Under the pieces are notes generated by a model. It was given only the letters and a program-made list of their open reading frames with translations. It had not been told where the DNA came from and ran no database searches. Shown one piece after another: positions 23,164 through 32,138 of a DNA stretch of 52,664 nt; positions within the stretch are counted from its first letter, which is position 1; each line of letters opens with the position of its first letter. A program made the position numbers and the translations under genes. The stretch lies in the IMG/VR virus record IMGVR_UViG_3300003690_000059, positions 1 through 52,664 of that record. The stretch is one strand, 5' to 3'. The DNA comes from a virus (taxonomy: Duplodnaviria; Caudoviricetes).

Positions 23164-24177
23164 TTACGCTGCGTCAGCATATTCCGTAGCTAACCCAAGA
23201 GCTTTCCTTTTGGTTGCCGCCCCCTGACCTAACCAACTTGAGTATAACGCTCCTCCGAGGATACGTTCGTTCTCACGCTTTTTATGGTCAATGAAGTAGG
23301 TTACTCCATTGAAAACTCCCCACCAAGTATCCTTTGCGGAACTTAAATCTGACCCAGGTGAGTTGTATATAGACTCATATACTTGGTCAGCGGTTCGAGA
23401 GAATTCGTCAGATAACGGCATGTCATTAGCGATTTCCATCTTACCGCGTTCAATGAGAAGTTTTGGTTGAAACAACTCAGCGACATAGTTCTGAACTTCT
23501 GTGTGCTTTGCTGTTCGGGAACTAAGGAATTCCGTTTGAATACGAAAATCTTCCATTAATTCAGAACTTATCCCTAGTGCTGTTTCAGCGGCCTTTATAA
23601 TATCACCATCAAAAGCCTGTAGGTGCAGTACCCTGAACTTGTTACCATCAGTGTTTAACGCCATAGCTATCGTATTAGCACAAACGACCCGTATAGGCGT
23701 AAACATAATAGTAAGGGCTATTCCTGAAACGTGGGGAGAATCAATTAGTAGATATCCTTCTACTTTATCTCCCCCAGCAAGTTCAAAGCTGCACTCAAGT
23801 TTTGCCAGCCCCCAAATATCTTGGCCATTCTTCAATGAACCTGCTGTTTCCATTTTCATATCCCCTGCCGATACAAACTTTTTGAAGAATTTAAAAGTAT
23901 CGGCATTTTGAAAAGGAACGTAGTCATTTCCACAAGCGGAAAGAACGGTATTATCTGAGTCCCTTACAATAAAGTAATGGCCTTCAGTTTGCATTACCGT
24001 AGTTTCATCTGACCATTCTGGGCTTGTGAGGGTATATGCAGGTCGTTTAGAAACGGTCCAATTTAAATCAGCCGCCTCTAACATTTCTTCAGGGGTCATA
24101 GTGTCCTCTACCGGAACCCCCAGGCCATGCCAAGGAACTCTCCCGGCATATGCCATAGTTTCAACTTGAGCACTCAT
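23164..24177 (-). CDS. DUF932-family phage/plasmid protein
   Basis: 'VETMAY...VPWHGLG', 'ETAGSLKNG', 'TPIRVVCANT', 'TWWGVFNGVT'. Confidence 0.85.
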   Translation of the reverse strand: MSAQVETMAYAGRVPWHGLGVPVEDTMTPEEMLEAADLNWTVSKRPAYTLTSPEWSDETTVMQTEGHYFIVRDSDNTVLSACGNDYVPFQNADTFKFFKKFVSAGDMKMETAGSLKNGQDIWGLAKLECSFELAGGDKVEGYLLIDSPHVSGIALTIMFTPIRVVCANTIAMALNTDGNKFRVLHLQAFDGDIIKAAETALGISSELMEDFRIQTEFLSSRTAKHTEVQNYVAELFQPKLLIERGKMEIANDMPLSDEFSRTADQVYESIYNSPGSDLSSAKDTWWGVFNGVTYFIDHKKRENERILGGALYSSWLGQGAATKRKALGLATEYADAA

Positions 24178-24250
24178 CTTTCTTTCCTTTCTCTAATAAG
24201 TTTCTAACGCTAACTATTATAAAAGCCCAGTTAAAAAGATTAAGGTTTTT

Positions 24251-24592
24251 TTAATCTTCTAAAGATACTCTATCCAAGCGTTCAAATAGGTCCATATCTA
24301 CGTCAACAAGAATTTTAGGTCCAGTAGGTCCCAAAACTATTTGGCAACGCATATGTGGTTCACAAGGCTCTCCGGCCCTGTGCTCATGGAGAAAAGATAA
24401 AAGTATTGGGAATCTGATATCTTCGCTATAATTATCTAGAAGTTTTTCTAAAGGAGCAATTTCCACAGCCCTGTTATAGCCTACGTTAATGGCCCATTGG
24501 TTTGCCTCTACAAGCTGATTTTTAGTTATGACTGGAATAGGGAGTATGTCTTCACTAGGCTCAAATCCAAAAGGGTGTTCCATTTCCTGCAT
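24251..24592 (-). CDS. Hypothetical protein
   Basis: 113 aa with its own promoter/RBS. Confidence 0.6.
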   Translation of the reverse strand: MQEMEHPFGFEPSEDILPIPVITKNQLVEANQWAINVGYNRAVEIAPLEKLLDNYSEDIRFPILLSFLHEHRAGEPCEPHMRCQIVLGPTGPKILVDVDMDLFERLDRVSLED

Positions 24593-24677
24593 AACTATTT
24601 TCCTTTAACATGAATTATATAGTAGCTTTATTATAAAGTATGATTTTATAGAGAAAACGCCTCTTTACTCCTATTGC

Positions 24678-24917
24678 CTATTCTGGCCACTTCGGTGGGT
24701 AGCCTTTAAGTCCAACATTGCTACGAATGGGAAAAACTGGAATGCTGTGACTTCTTTTTTTCGCATTTTTTGGTTTGCTGTGTTGATGGTGTTCTAGTGA
24801 ATCTACAGAAACCGTTATATTGTATCCACGATTACGCCAGTAATAATGGATTGAATTGCATAAGCTATCGGCAAAATTCCGTTCAAACGAAATTGTCTCT
24901 TGGTGTCGATTTGTCAT
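24678..24917 (-). CDS. Hypothetical protein
   Basis: 79 aa 'IHYYWRNRGY...IRSN...GYPP'. Confidence 0.6.
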   Translation of the reverse strand: MTNRHQETISFERNFADSLCNSIHYYWRNRGYNITVSVDSLEHHQHSKPKNAKKRSHSIPVFPIRSNVGLKGYPPKWPE

Positions 24918-24933
24918 ATTTTACCTTTTATCT

Positions 24934-25179
24934 TCAACTGATGATGCGTTTACATAAGTCACATTCAAAAGATCCCATTTTATAAGTAGCAAAGCACTCA
25001 TCAGGGTCAATTAAATCATCACACCATTTACAAGTTTTCCATGGAATGGGTAAATTTTGGGAAATTTCTCCTGAACAGCATTCATCTGTAATGCTGCCGC
25101 AATTAGTACATTGGTAATGGCCATGAACAAATACTTCTTGTCCATGGCCACACCATAGACATTTTCTATCAAAAAACAT
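24934..25179 (-). CDS. Cys-rich zinc-finger protein
   Basis: CLWC, VHGHYQCTNC, CC, CKWC, CDLC. Confidence 0.6.
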   Translation of the reverse strand: MFFDRKCLWCGHGQEVFVHGHYQCTNCGSITDECCSGEISQNLPIPWKTCKWCDDLIDPDECFATYKMGSFECDLCKRIIS

Positions 25180-25354
25180 CCTTTTCTTTTAGCACAAATG
25201 CTATGGCAGCTCCTGCCAATCCTATGTAAACCATTACATCCATGCCAATAAAGAGGCCGACAATACTAACTGTTCCTCCTATAGCGCACCAAGTAGAAGG
25301 TTCACAAAGGCGATTCAACAACCAATTTAACATACCATTCACCATTTTGCTCAT
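25169..25354 (-). CDS. Small two-TM membrane protein (holin-like)
   Basis: 'RLCEPSTW' plus two hydrophobic helices ending 'FVLKEK'. Confidence 0.55.
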   Translation of the reverse strand: MSKMVNGMLNWLLNRLCEPSTWCAIGGTVSIVGLFIGMDVMVYIGLAGAAIAFVLKEKDVF

Positions 25355-25356
25355 GA

Positions 25357-27276
25357 TTATACCTGCATTTTACCGCTACCATTTTCAATACTACGTTGCC
25401 AAGGTTTATCTGTAAATATTGTTTTTGCCTCCCCCCAACTATTGCCATACTCAATATCAACTTGAGAAGGTACTTCAAGTTCGATACAATTTTCCATGAT
25501 CTCAGCTATTTCTTTGATTTCATTTGTATCTTTTGAAGAAAAACAAAGTTCATCATGTACCTGCAATAATGGAATCATACCCTTTTTAAAAAGAGCGCTC
25601 ATTGCTGCTTTTGTCTGATCTGCTGCGGACCCCTGTATTAAACGATTTAGAGCTTTATAGGTAAATGCTCTTTTTATATTGGGTCCAAATTCAGATTGGG
25701 CTTTTTCAAATTGTGCCAATTTACCTGTGCCGTATTGATGGGGTTCCCATAAATCAAAGCGACATTTACGACCAAGAATTGTGCGTATAGTTCCTTTGTG
25801 CATTGCCCTATTTTTACAATAATCACTTAACATTTTTACAAACGGAACTTTTTTATGATATCTCTGAAATAACTCACGAGCTTCATCTATAGAAATATTT
25901 AATTGGTCAGCTAATTTTTTTTCTCCCATAGAATAAAATAATCCAAGATTGATATCCTTGGCTTGACGACGTGGGATAGAAGCCATTTCAGCTACAATAG
26001 AATGGAAATCGGCTTTTCCCTCTTTATATGTTTTAACAACAGTATCAACTCCAGGAAGTTTCAAAAGCGATGCATAATGAACAACCAACCTTGGTTCTTG
26101 TTGGGAATAGTCAATTGAATACCATTGTTCATCTAATTCAGGGACAAAGATGGAACGAATTAAGGGTCCGAGAACTTTATGCCTTGATGGTATTTGTTGT
26201 AAGTTTGGATTACTGTAGCTGAAGCGACCCGATACTGTACCGCCTCTGTCAGAACGTAAAGAATGTATTTCTCCATGAATACGGCCATTACATTGATATC
26301 TTATAATAGAATCGATAAAAGTGGTATTTGATTTATTGAGTTCACGTGCCTCTAGTATCATTCTTGGAAGTTCATGAGGATGGTTTTGTAAGAATGCTCT
26401 ATCTATTTTAGGGGCTTGTGTTTTTTCAGTATAGTCATAAGTGATTTTTGCTTTATCAAATACTTCTGATATAGAGCGTGAATTCCAAATTTCAACATCA
26501 CGATTGTATTGTTTCTTTATTTTTTGTAAAATATTTTTTTCTCGTCTTTCCAGATCTTTTTTAATCTTTTCTGCTTTTTCAAGATCAACCCTTATACCTC
26601 TCCAACGCATTTCTATTAGTAACGGTATAAGTGATAGTTCTAGGTTTAGGATGAAATCTAAATCGTTTTTTTGAATTTCTCTTTTCAATACCTTCCAAAG
26701 TTCTAATGTAGCTTTAGCATCTTGCTCTGCGTATGGACCAACATACATGGCAGGAAGTTTCCACATTTCACCTTTAGCATCAATCCCCCATTCTTGTGCA
26801 GCTGCGCGTAAGATTTTTTCATCTTTTGAAGAAGCTATATAAGTTTTGGCAAGTGCATTAAGAGAATAGGAAAAACGATTTTCATCTAATAATGGGGCGG
26901 CAATTAAAGTATCTTTTATCTCACCTTTGACTTCGACCCCTTCGCGTCTTAACCAACCTACATCATACATCGCATTATGGAATACTTTGTCACAATCTGT
27001 AGACAATTGTTCTTTAAGCCAATTTAAAATTAAAGTGGGGTCTAAGTTGCTCCCGTTATCGTGCCGTATGGGAAAATACCCTGACCATCCATCTACCGCG
27101 ATTGAAATTCCAATAATATATCCATCATTGGTAGCCCATCCTGAACCTTTCGTTAAAAGATTAGGGTCACGAGTTTCAAGATCTATTGCAATACAGTCAG
27201 CGTTTTTTAGATCGGGTAGTGTTTCCGGTGGACACCACGGGCTTTCTGTTTGCAGTAGGGGGATTTGATAACTCAC
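25357..27276 (-). CDS. polA: DNA polymerase family A with 3'-5' exonuclease
   Basis: ExoI 'IDLET', ExoII 'HNAMYD', ExoIII 'YAEQD', motif A 'DYSQQEPR', motif B 'RRQAKDINLGLFY', motif C 'VHDEL'. Confidence 0.95.
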   Translation of the reverse strand: MSYQIPLLQTESPWCPPETLPDLKNADCIAIDLETRDPNLLTKGSGWATNDGYIIGISIAVDGWSGYFPIRHDNGSNLDPTLILNWLKEQLSTDCDKVFHNAMYDVGWLRREGVEVKGEIKDTLIAAPLLDENRFSYSLNALAKTYIASSKDEKILRAAAQEWGIDAKGEMWKLPAMYVGPYAEQDAKATLELWKVLKREIQKNDLDFILNLELSLIPLLIEMRWRGIRVDLEKAEKIKKDLERREKNILQKIKKQYNRDVEIWNSRSISEVFDKAKITYDYTEKTQAPKIDRAFLQNHPHELPRMILEARELNKSNTTFIDSIIRYQCNGRIHGEIHSLRSDRGGTVSGRFSYSNPNLQQIPSRHKVLGPLIRSIFVPELDEQWYSIDYSQQEPRLVVHYASLLKLPGVDTVVKTYKEGKADFHSIVAEMASIPRRQAKDINLGLFYSMGEKKLADQLNISIDEARELFQRYHKKVPFVKMLSDYCKNRAMHKGTIRTILGRKCRFDLWEPHQYGTGKLAQFEKAQSEFGPNIKRAFTYKALNRLIQGSAADQTKAAMSALFKKGMIPLLQVHDELCFSSKDTNEIKEIAEIMENCIELEVPSQVDIEYGNSWGEAKTIFTDKPWQRSIENGSGKMQV

Positions 27277-27406
27277 TTTCTACTCCCAAAATAGTAAAAG
27301 GTTTATTGCAAGAACATTTTGGCCATTTAAAATCTGTGAAAAGACTTTCAGGTGCATCGAAAGATTCTTCTTCGCAAAGACACTTAAATTTTACAGCCAT
27401 GTCCAA
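27197..27406 (-). CDS. Small Cys-containing hypothetical protein
   Basis: CLC...CSC; overlaps the polA 5' end. Confidence 0.4.
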   Translation of the reverse strand: MDMAVKFKCLCEEESFDAPESLFTDFKWPKCSCNKPFTILGVESELSNPPTANRKPVVSTGNTTRSKKR

Positions 27407-27423
27407 CTCTTAAGCTTTTCAGA

Positions 27424-27825
27424 TTAAAGTCCGCGCTCAGGTGAATACCTGGTCCCCTCCACGCGGGTTCCTAGGGGGTTACTCCCCGGAACCCGCTCCT
27501 TCGCTTCAGGGGCCTCCTGAGGAGCTGCTAGGGCGAAACCGCCTAATTCTTTCCGTATTTCAGCCTCAACTAGGAATAAATAACGTCTCAGGTCTCCAAT
27601 ATCATCCAAAATCCCTTTAGGGGAAGGGTCGTCGTAGATTGCTTTAAAAATATCATAGTTAAATTTCTTAACTTGATTTTCAAGTCTGTCCCATTTACGG
27701 GCCAGCATCATAAATGCGCCAACTCCACCGCGTTTCTTCCAACTGTCCCCATAACTTTTTTGTGAACTTTCCAGTGCTTCTGCATCATAGAGGGCTACTT
27801 CTTCGACTTCTTGTTTAATTCCCAT
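27424..27825 (-). CDS. MazG-like / nucleotide-modification-associated protein (putative dNTP pyrophosphohydrolase)
   Basis: 'KSYGDSWKKRGGVGAFMMLARKWDRL...DDIGDLRRYLFLVE'; start reassigned to ATG 27825. Confidence 0.7.
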   Translation of the reverse strand: MGIKQEVEEVALYDAEALESSQKSYGDSWKKRGGVGAFMMLARKWDRLENQVKKFNYDIFKAIYDDPSPKGILDDIGDLRRYLFLVEAEIRKELGGFALAAPQEAPEAKERVPGSNPLGTRVEGTRYSPERGL

Positions 27826-28940
27826 TTTTCTTTCCTTCTTTCTAACCATTCAACTGAGGCTTTCTTCCAGTCTAACGCTTTTACTTTTTCTAGCCTAGAA
27901 AGTCCTTCATCATATCGTTTTTGTTTAAATGATTGCCATGCTAGCAACATAGGAATTGCGGTCTCCTCAAAAAAGCTATTTTCGTAATAATGTGTTATCG
28001 GCGTATCAATAAATTTATTTACATCTTTGTCAATATGTTCTGGCGCAGAAAACATCGGCTCTGGTGTATAGTGCATTCCTTGATTCCACCCTAGATAAGA
28101 GTCATACCAAAGAGTACCTCCTGTATTTTTCTGATGCAATACATCTAACGCTTTATTATATACCTTTTCGTAAGCATGGTAGCTGTCGCTCAAGTGGTAG
28201 TATGTTCCAATGGGAACTCCCACTCTTGCCGCTATGTATTCTTGTAATATCGAGAAATGAACAGCGTTGGCTCCATATGTCCCCCAAATAATATCGTTAG
28301 ACCTGCAGGACACTGTCATCTGCAGCCTTCCTTTTCGTATCTTAAAATAAACTTGCGTGTTACAAGGTACATCTTTACAACTTGGGTTGTCTGTTGCCTT
28401 TAATAAATCTTCAGGCGACCACATTTGAAGAACTGCACGGCGCGAATCAGGTTCTTTCTTTAAATGCTCTACAATTAAATTAAGTTGATCCTTTGAAAAG
28501 TGTTCTCGCCACCTGTACCCGTAAGCACCGTGTAGAGAAATACCGTCGTCTGAAAAAGAACTTATATGAGAATTAAACTTAGAAACATACTCGACATCGT
28601 TTCTTCCAGCTAACATCCAAAAAGATTCAAACAAATGAAAAAAGGGATTAGCATCTCGAGACGGGTAAAACAAAACTCTTTCTTCTGGTCTTTTATAAAT
28701 ACTCATTACTGGATTAGGGGCTTCTATCACAAGTCCCGAACGCGAAGAACTCCAGGTGCCCTCTTTCTCTAAATATTGTAACCCAAGATATAGTGCTTCC
28801 GAGACATTCCTTGCGTATATATTCACTACCTCATCGTTCCCACGGGCGAGCGACTGCAGTAGTGTACGAGTCTCCCTTGAGGGCGTGTTCAATGTTCCGG
28901 AGATCGTCGCCAGTGGGTTCGCCATACTCTTCTTTCCCAT
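27795..28940 (-). CDS. Thymidylate-synthase-fold dUMP hydroxymethylase
   Basis: 'ANPFFHLFE..WMLAGRND', 'SRRAVLQMW', catalytic 'DVPCN', 'RSNDIIWG..GANAVHF' (Asn indicates dUMP specificity), 'SYHAY'; real start probably GTG 28826. Confidence 0.8.
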   Translation of the reverse strand: MGKKSMANPLATISGTLNTPSRETRTLLQSLARGNDEVVNIYARNVSEALYLGLQYLEKEGTWSSSRSGLVIEAPNPVMSIYKRPEERVLFYPSRDANPFFHLFESFWMLAGRNDVEYVSKFNSHISSFSDDGISLHGAYGYRWREHFSKDQLNLIVEHLKKEPDSRRAVLQMWSPEDLLKATDNPSCKDVPCNTQVYFKIRKGRLQMTVSCRSNDIIWGTYGANAVHFSILQEYIAARVGVPIGTYYHLSDSYHAYEKVYNKALDVLHQKNTGGTLWYDSYLGWNQGMHYTPEPMFSAPEHIDKDVNKFIDTPITHYYENSFFEETAIPMLLAWQSFKQKRYDEGLSRLEKVKALDWKKASVEWLERRKEKWELNKKSKK

Positions 28941-29832
28941 TTTTATCAGGCAATAATCCAGGTCGATAGCTTAACGCATCACAACCATCGCAAGGCCCAA
29001 AGTCTCGTTGCCCATGATAAAGTTTCTTACGCGCTGCTTGAAAGGGGCCGTTTTGCCAAAGTTTTTCTATCGAAGAGTGGCCTAAAACATTACCGCACTT
29101 ATAGGTTCCTCGCCAATCGTTACAGCAAATAGCGACATTACCATCCCACCTTATAGATATTTCTCTAAATACTTTAGCACATCTTTTCCCTTGCCCCTTT
29201 TCATTAGGGGGGAAAGCTGAACCAGCGTGATTATTTAAAGTAGAATGATTACCTTGGCTGGCTGATTCAATATCTTGAACGATCACAATATCGTGTTGGC
29301 TGGGTTTACGTCTTCTATGGGGATTAGCCTTTTTGTTTAAAGGATATTCGAAAATACTAAAAGGTCCATCATATTTTTCTTTGACTTTATCACATATTTT
29401 TATTCTCTCGTAATTATCCAGTAAAAGAACATTTAATCCTCCAGTTAGAAGTTCATTAATATTTTCAGTTAAGTTTCCTCGCAATAATCCTGCACCATTG
29501 GAGGTCATTTGTAGGGGGGTATTTGGTAAATACGATCGGAATAGTTTCACAATTTCCTTATATTCAGGGTTAAGGGTTGGCTCCCCATGCATAGCCATTT
29601 CTATACGGGGGTTCCATTTATTTTCTTCACAAGCCTGTTTTATTTTTTTAGCAAGCGTTTCAGCATTCATATAAGAAAGGTGCTTATAGGGAGATGATCC
29701 TTTACCTGTTGTATTTTCTGGACCATTAGCCCCGTTATCTCTTATACCCGCGATGCCACAAAAAGAACATGCTAAATTACATCCCTCAGTAAGTTCTATT
29801 TGAATACAAAATGGAGGTGGTTGTTTGTTCAT
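28831..29832 (-). CDS. Radical SAM enzyme with SPASM/twitch domain
   Basis: CNLACSFC (CxxxCxxC), 'HGEPTLN', C-terminal 'CAKVF...DGNVAICCND...CDGC'. Confidence 0.9.
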   Translation of the reverse strand: MNKQPPPFCIQIELTEGCNLACSFCGIAGIRDNGANGPENTTGKGSSPYKHLSYMNAETLAKKIKQACEENKWNPRIEMAMHGEPTLNPEYKEIVKLFRSYLPNTPLQMTSNGAGLLRGNLTENINELLTGGLNVLLLDNYERIKICDKVKEKYDGPFSIFEYPLNKKANPHRRRKPSQHDIVIVQDIESASQGNHSTLNNHAGSAFPPNEKGQGKRCAKVFREISIRWDGNVAICCNDWRGTYKCGNVLGHSSIEKLWQNGPFQAARKKLYHGQRDFGPCDGCDALSYRPGLLPDKNGKEEYGEPTGDDLRNIEHALKGDSYTTAVARPWER

Positions 29833-30869
29833 ACGACAGCCCTTACATATCTTGCAGCTATTCTAACTGCATCATGTTTAACCAAAAGTTTCACACTATT
29901 GCTTCTTATAAAAGTTGATAAATGCTGTTGTATTTTTCCTCCTAGAAAATTAGCTACATATTTCCAGTCAGAAAAAGAAAGGCAATTTTGATTTTCCCCT
30001 GTATCCTTCATAGAGTCGTTCCGCCTAATCCAATTTTTATGTAAAAGACAAATAGTTCCTGCATCAATAGCTTCTAAGAAGGTATATTGAGTACCACCGC
30101 CATCACCTTTGATAACTGAAAAATCAGTCATATAACGCGCAGTTTTACAAAGATCAATAGCCCCTCTAAAATCTAATTTAAAAATAGCCCGATCTTCCTC
30201 TAAACGATCACTATCTTGTACATACTCAGGGTACTTAGGAACTATCCTAGTTTTCGTATACATTCTATTTTCAGAGCCACGAATAACTATTTGTTTATTT
30301 AGGGGAAGCTTTCTGTTGGCCTCAAATAACCAATGACTATTTTTATCAAAATCTAAACGAGAAATACTTATGGCATTTAATGGCCTATCATCCCATTCTT
30401 TGAAGTCTAATGGATCTGTTCTATTTAGAGCCATATATGGATGGGGGATATAAGTAGCCTCGGGCATGTGTTTAAGCATTGATTTACGAATAACAATCAC
30501 TTGTTTAGGATCTATAAATTCTCGAAATTCAGGATTGCGTAATTCTGTAGGATCGTGAATAACTATATAGGCTCCTTGCTCAAGAAGTTTCATAGCTAAT
30601 TCACGATGATGTTTATCAAGAGCTGTTATGAGAATTGGCTCTTCAATCTCAAAAACATCTTCTTCGCACATATTTCTGTAGGGGACGTAGTTTCCCATGT
30701 CTCTTTGAGTTTTTTCACTGCGCCCAGTAATTCGAACCACTTCATGGACTTCAGAAGTTTGAAAACGATCATGGGAAGTAGGCGGTCTGCCTAAAAGTCC
30801 ATGGTATAAGTGACTTGTAAATGTTACCCATCCCCCATAGCGCGACCTACTTAGGTACAGCAGTTTCAT
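29829..30869 (-). CDS. GT-B fold glycosyltransferase-like protein
   Basis: N-terminal 'YGGW', 'ISRLDFDKN', 'GGGTQYTFLEAIDAG' nucleotide-sugar-binding motif. Confidence 0.65.
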   Translation of the reverse strand: MKLLYLSRSRYGGWVTFTSHLYHGLLGRPPTSHDRFQTSEVHEVVRITGRSEKTQRDMGNYVPYRNMCEEDVFEIEEPILITALDKHHRELAMKLLEQGAYIVIHDPTELRNPEFREFIDPKQVIVIRKSMLKHMPEATYIPHPYMALNRTDPLDFKEWDDRPLNAISISRLDFDKNSHWLFEANRKLPLNKQIVIRGSENRMYTKTRIVPKYPEYVQDSDRLEEDRAIFKLDFRGAIDLCKTARYMTDFSVIKGDGGGTQYTFLEAIDAGTICLLHKNWIRRNDSMKDTGENQNCLSFSDWKYVANFLGGKIQQHLSTFIRSNSVKLLVKHDAVRIAARYVRAVV

Positions 30870-30904
30870 CCCAGCTTTCTCCGCTCCATTGCTCCTAGTG
30901 AAAA

Positions 30905-31774
30905 TTAGGAAGGCGAGTATTTGGACCTTGGTTGTCCTTGTCCATTTCTCACCCTTTCATATTTATCAAATTCACATAAACTGTGTTCAATTTCCCTCAG
31001 TTCAAGCTTGTTTGGGTGCTCGTCTTTTAGTCCAAATTTATTTGAATATTTACTCGAATATTTAAAATGTTCATCAGATTGTTGCAATAGTTCACGCATC
31101 TCTTTACACCAATCATGTCTTTTTGAGGTGTACTCTAAAGGACGATCATATATTCTATTTAAGCCGCGCATGGCTCCTGGACCTGCGTTAGCCCATGTAA
31201 GAAGATCATTGGCCGTTTCACCAATATAAGTATGTCGTAAATCAGTGGCTATTTCATAAGCTAAAAATGGCCCAAAAAAAGGATAACCTTCCAGGTAGTT
31301 TGTCATTTTTTCTATGGATTGCCAAGGACATTTATCCAAAAATCCTTGTCTGTAGTTCCAAACAGTCGTTATCGTTTGACAAATACCCCTTACCTTATTT
31401 TTACCTGTGGGGCTTTTTATCATATACGCCCCTGTTATCCATTTCTTCTGAGGAGTTATTACCTCATAGGCTTTTTTAGGGTCCCATTCTTTTATCAGAT
31501 TATGGGCAATTAAAGTTTCCCCTGTTTCAATTAAATTGAACCAGCGAAATATAATTGTCGCCATATATACATCACTACTGTCCTTTAATGGTCCACGAAT
31601 ATTCTCACGGAACCAAACAGTAGTTTTGTCATTTTCTCGGAAAGCGTTGGTGAACTTAAATTCTCTAAGAATTTTATCTTCAGTCCAGGGCCAAGGGTCT
31701 CCTCGATCTTTTTTAATTTGGATGAGCGTTCGTTCGTTCATCCAATAAAAAAATCTTTCTACACTTTCTTGCAT
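30905..31774 (-). CDS. 5-hmdU DNA kinase-like helical protein (aGPT-Pplase1 / HMUDK helical family)
   Basis: 'ER..I...PWPWTEDKILREFKFTNAFRENDKTT', 'GPFLAYEIATDL', 'GPGAMRGL', 'IEHSLCEFDKY'. Confidence 0.8.
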   Translation of the reverse strand: MQESVERFFYWMNERTLIQIKKDRGDPWPWTEDKILREFKFTNAFRENDKTTVWFRENIRGPLKDSSDVYMATIIFRWFNLIETGETLIAHNLIKEWDPKKAYEVITPQKKWITGAYMIKSPTGKNKVRGICQTITTVWNYRQGFLDKCPWQSIEKMTNYLEGYPFFGPFLAYEIATDLRHTYIGETANDLLTWANAGPGAMRGLNRIYDRPLEYTSKRHDWCKEMRELLQQSDEHFKYSSKYSNKFGLKDEHPNKLELREIEHSLCEFDKYERVRNGQGQPRSKYSPS

Positions 31775-31809
31775 GTTCTTCCTTTCTGAACATTGGTGGG
31801 TTGAACTTT

Positions 31810-32052
31810 TTAAGTCACTTCAATATGGCCAGTCTTAACCAAAATTTCAAGATCTTTAGTTCCACCTTTAAATTCCGAAACAGAATTTAAGAATTGTTCT
31901 ACGGTCATACCCTCTAGTATGGCCGCAAAAATCTTATAACGATTAGAACCCTCGCGCCTTGGGTTTTCTGGGTTGAGGATATGAATCCCCTGATTTCTCT
32001 GGTAAAGACGAGTTTTCCTTTTACGCTTATCAGTCACTTTCGATTCAGTCAC
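31810..32052 (-). CDS. Small putative DNA-binding protein (paralogue family C)
   Basis: 'NPRREGSNRYKIF...GMTVEQFL...GGTKDLEILVKTGHI'. Confidence 0.65.
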   Translation of the reverse strand: MTESKVTDKRKRKTRLYQRNQGIHILNPENPRREGSNRYKIFAAILEGMTVEQFLNSVSEFKGGTKDLEILVKTGHIEVT

Positions 32053-32138
32053 TTTCGACTCCTTTATGAAGAGAACTTTCTACAACTAGTAGGCTATATT
32101 TTAATTAATGATTTAATAAAGTAAAGTAGATTTAACTC

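Noticed and set aside
27795-28940. Ordinary thymidylate synthase ThyA or dCMP hydroxymethylase
   Set aside because: The RSND/GAN..HF pattern and the neighbouring hmU-kinase-like gene favour dUMP hydroxymethylase; Asn rather than Asp at the specificity position argues against dCMP
28831-29832. QueE / 7-deazaguanine pathway or RiPP maturase
   Set aside because: Regular CxxxCxxC plus SPASM; no folE, queD, queC or dpdA and no precursor peptide nearby
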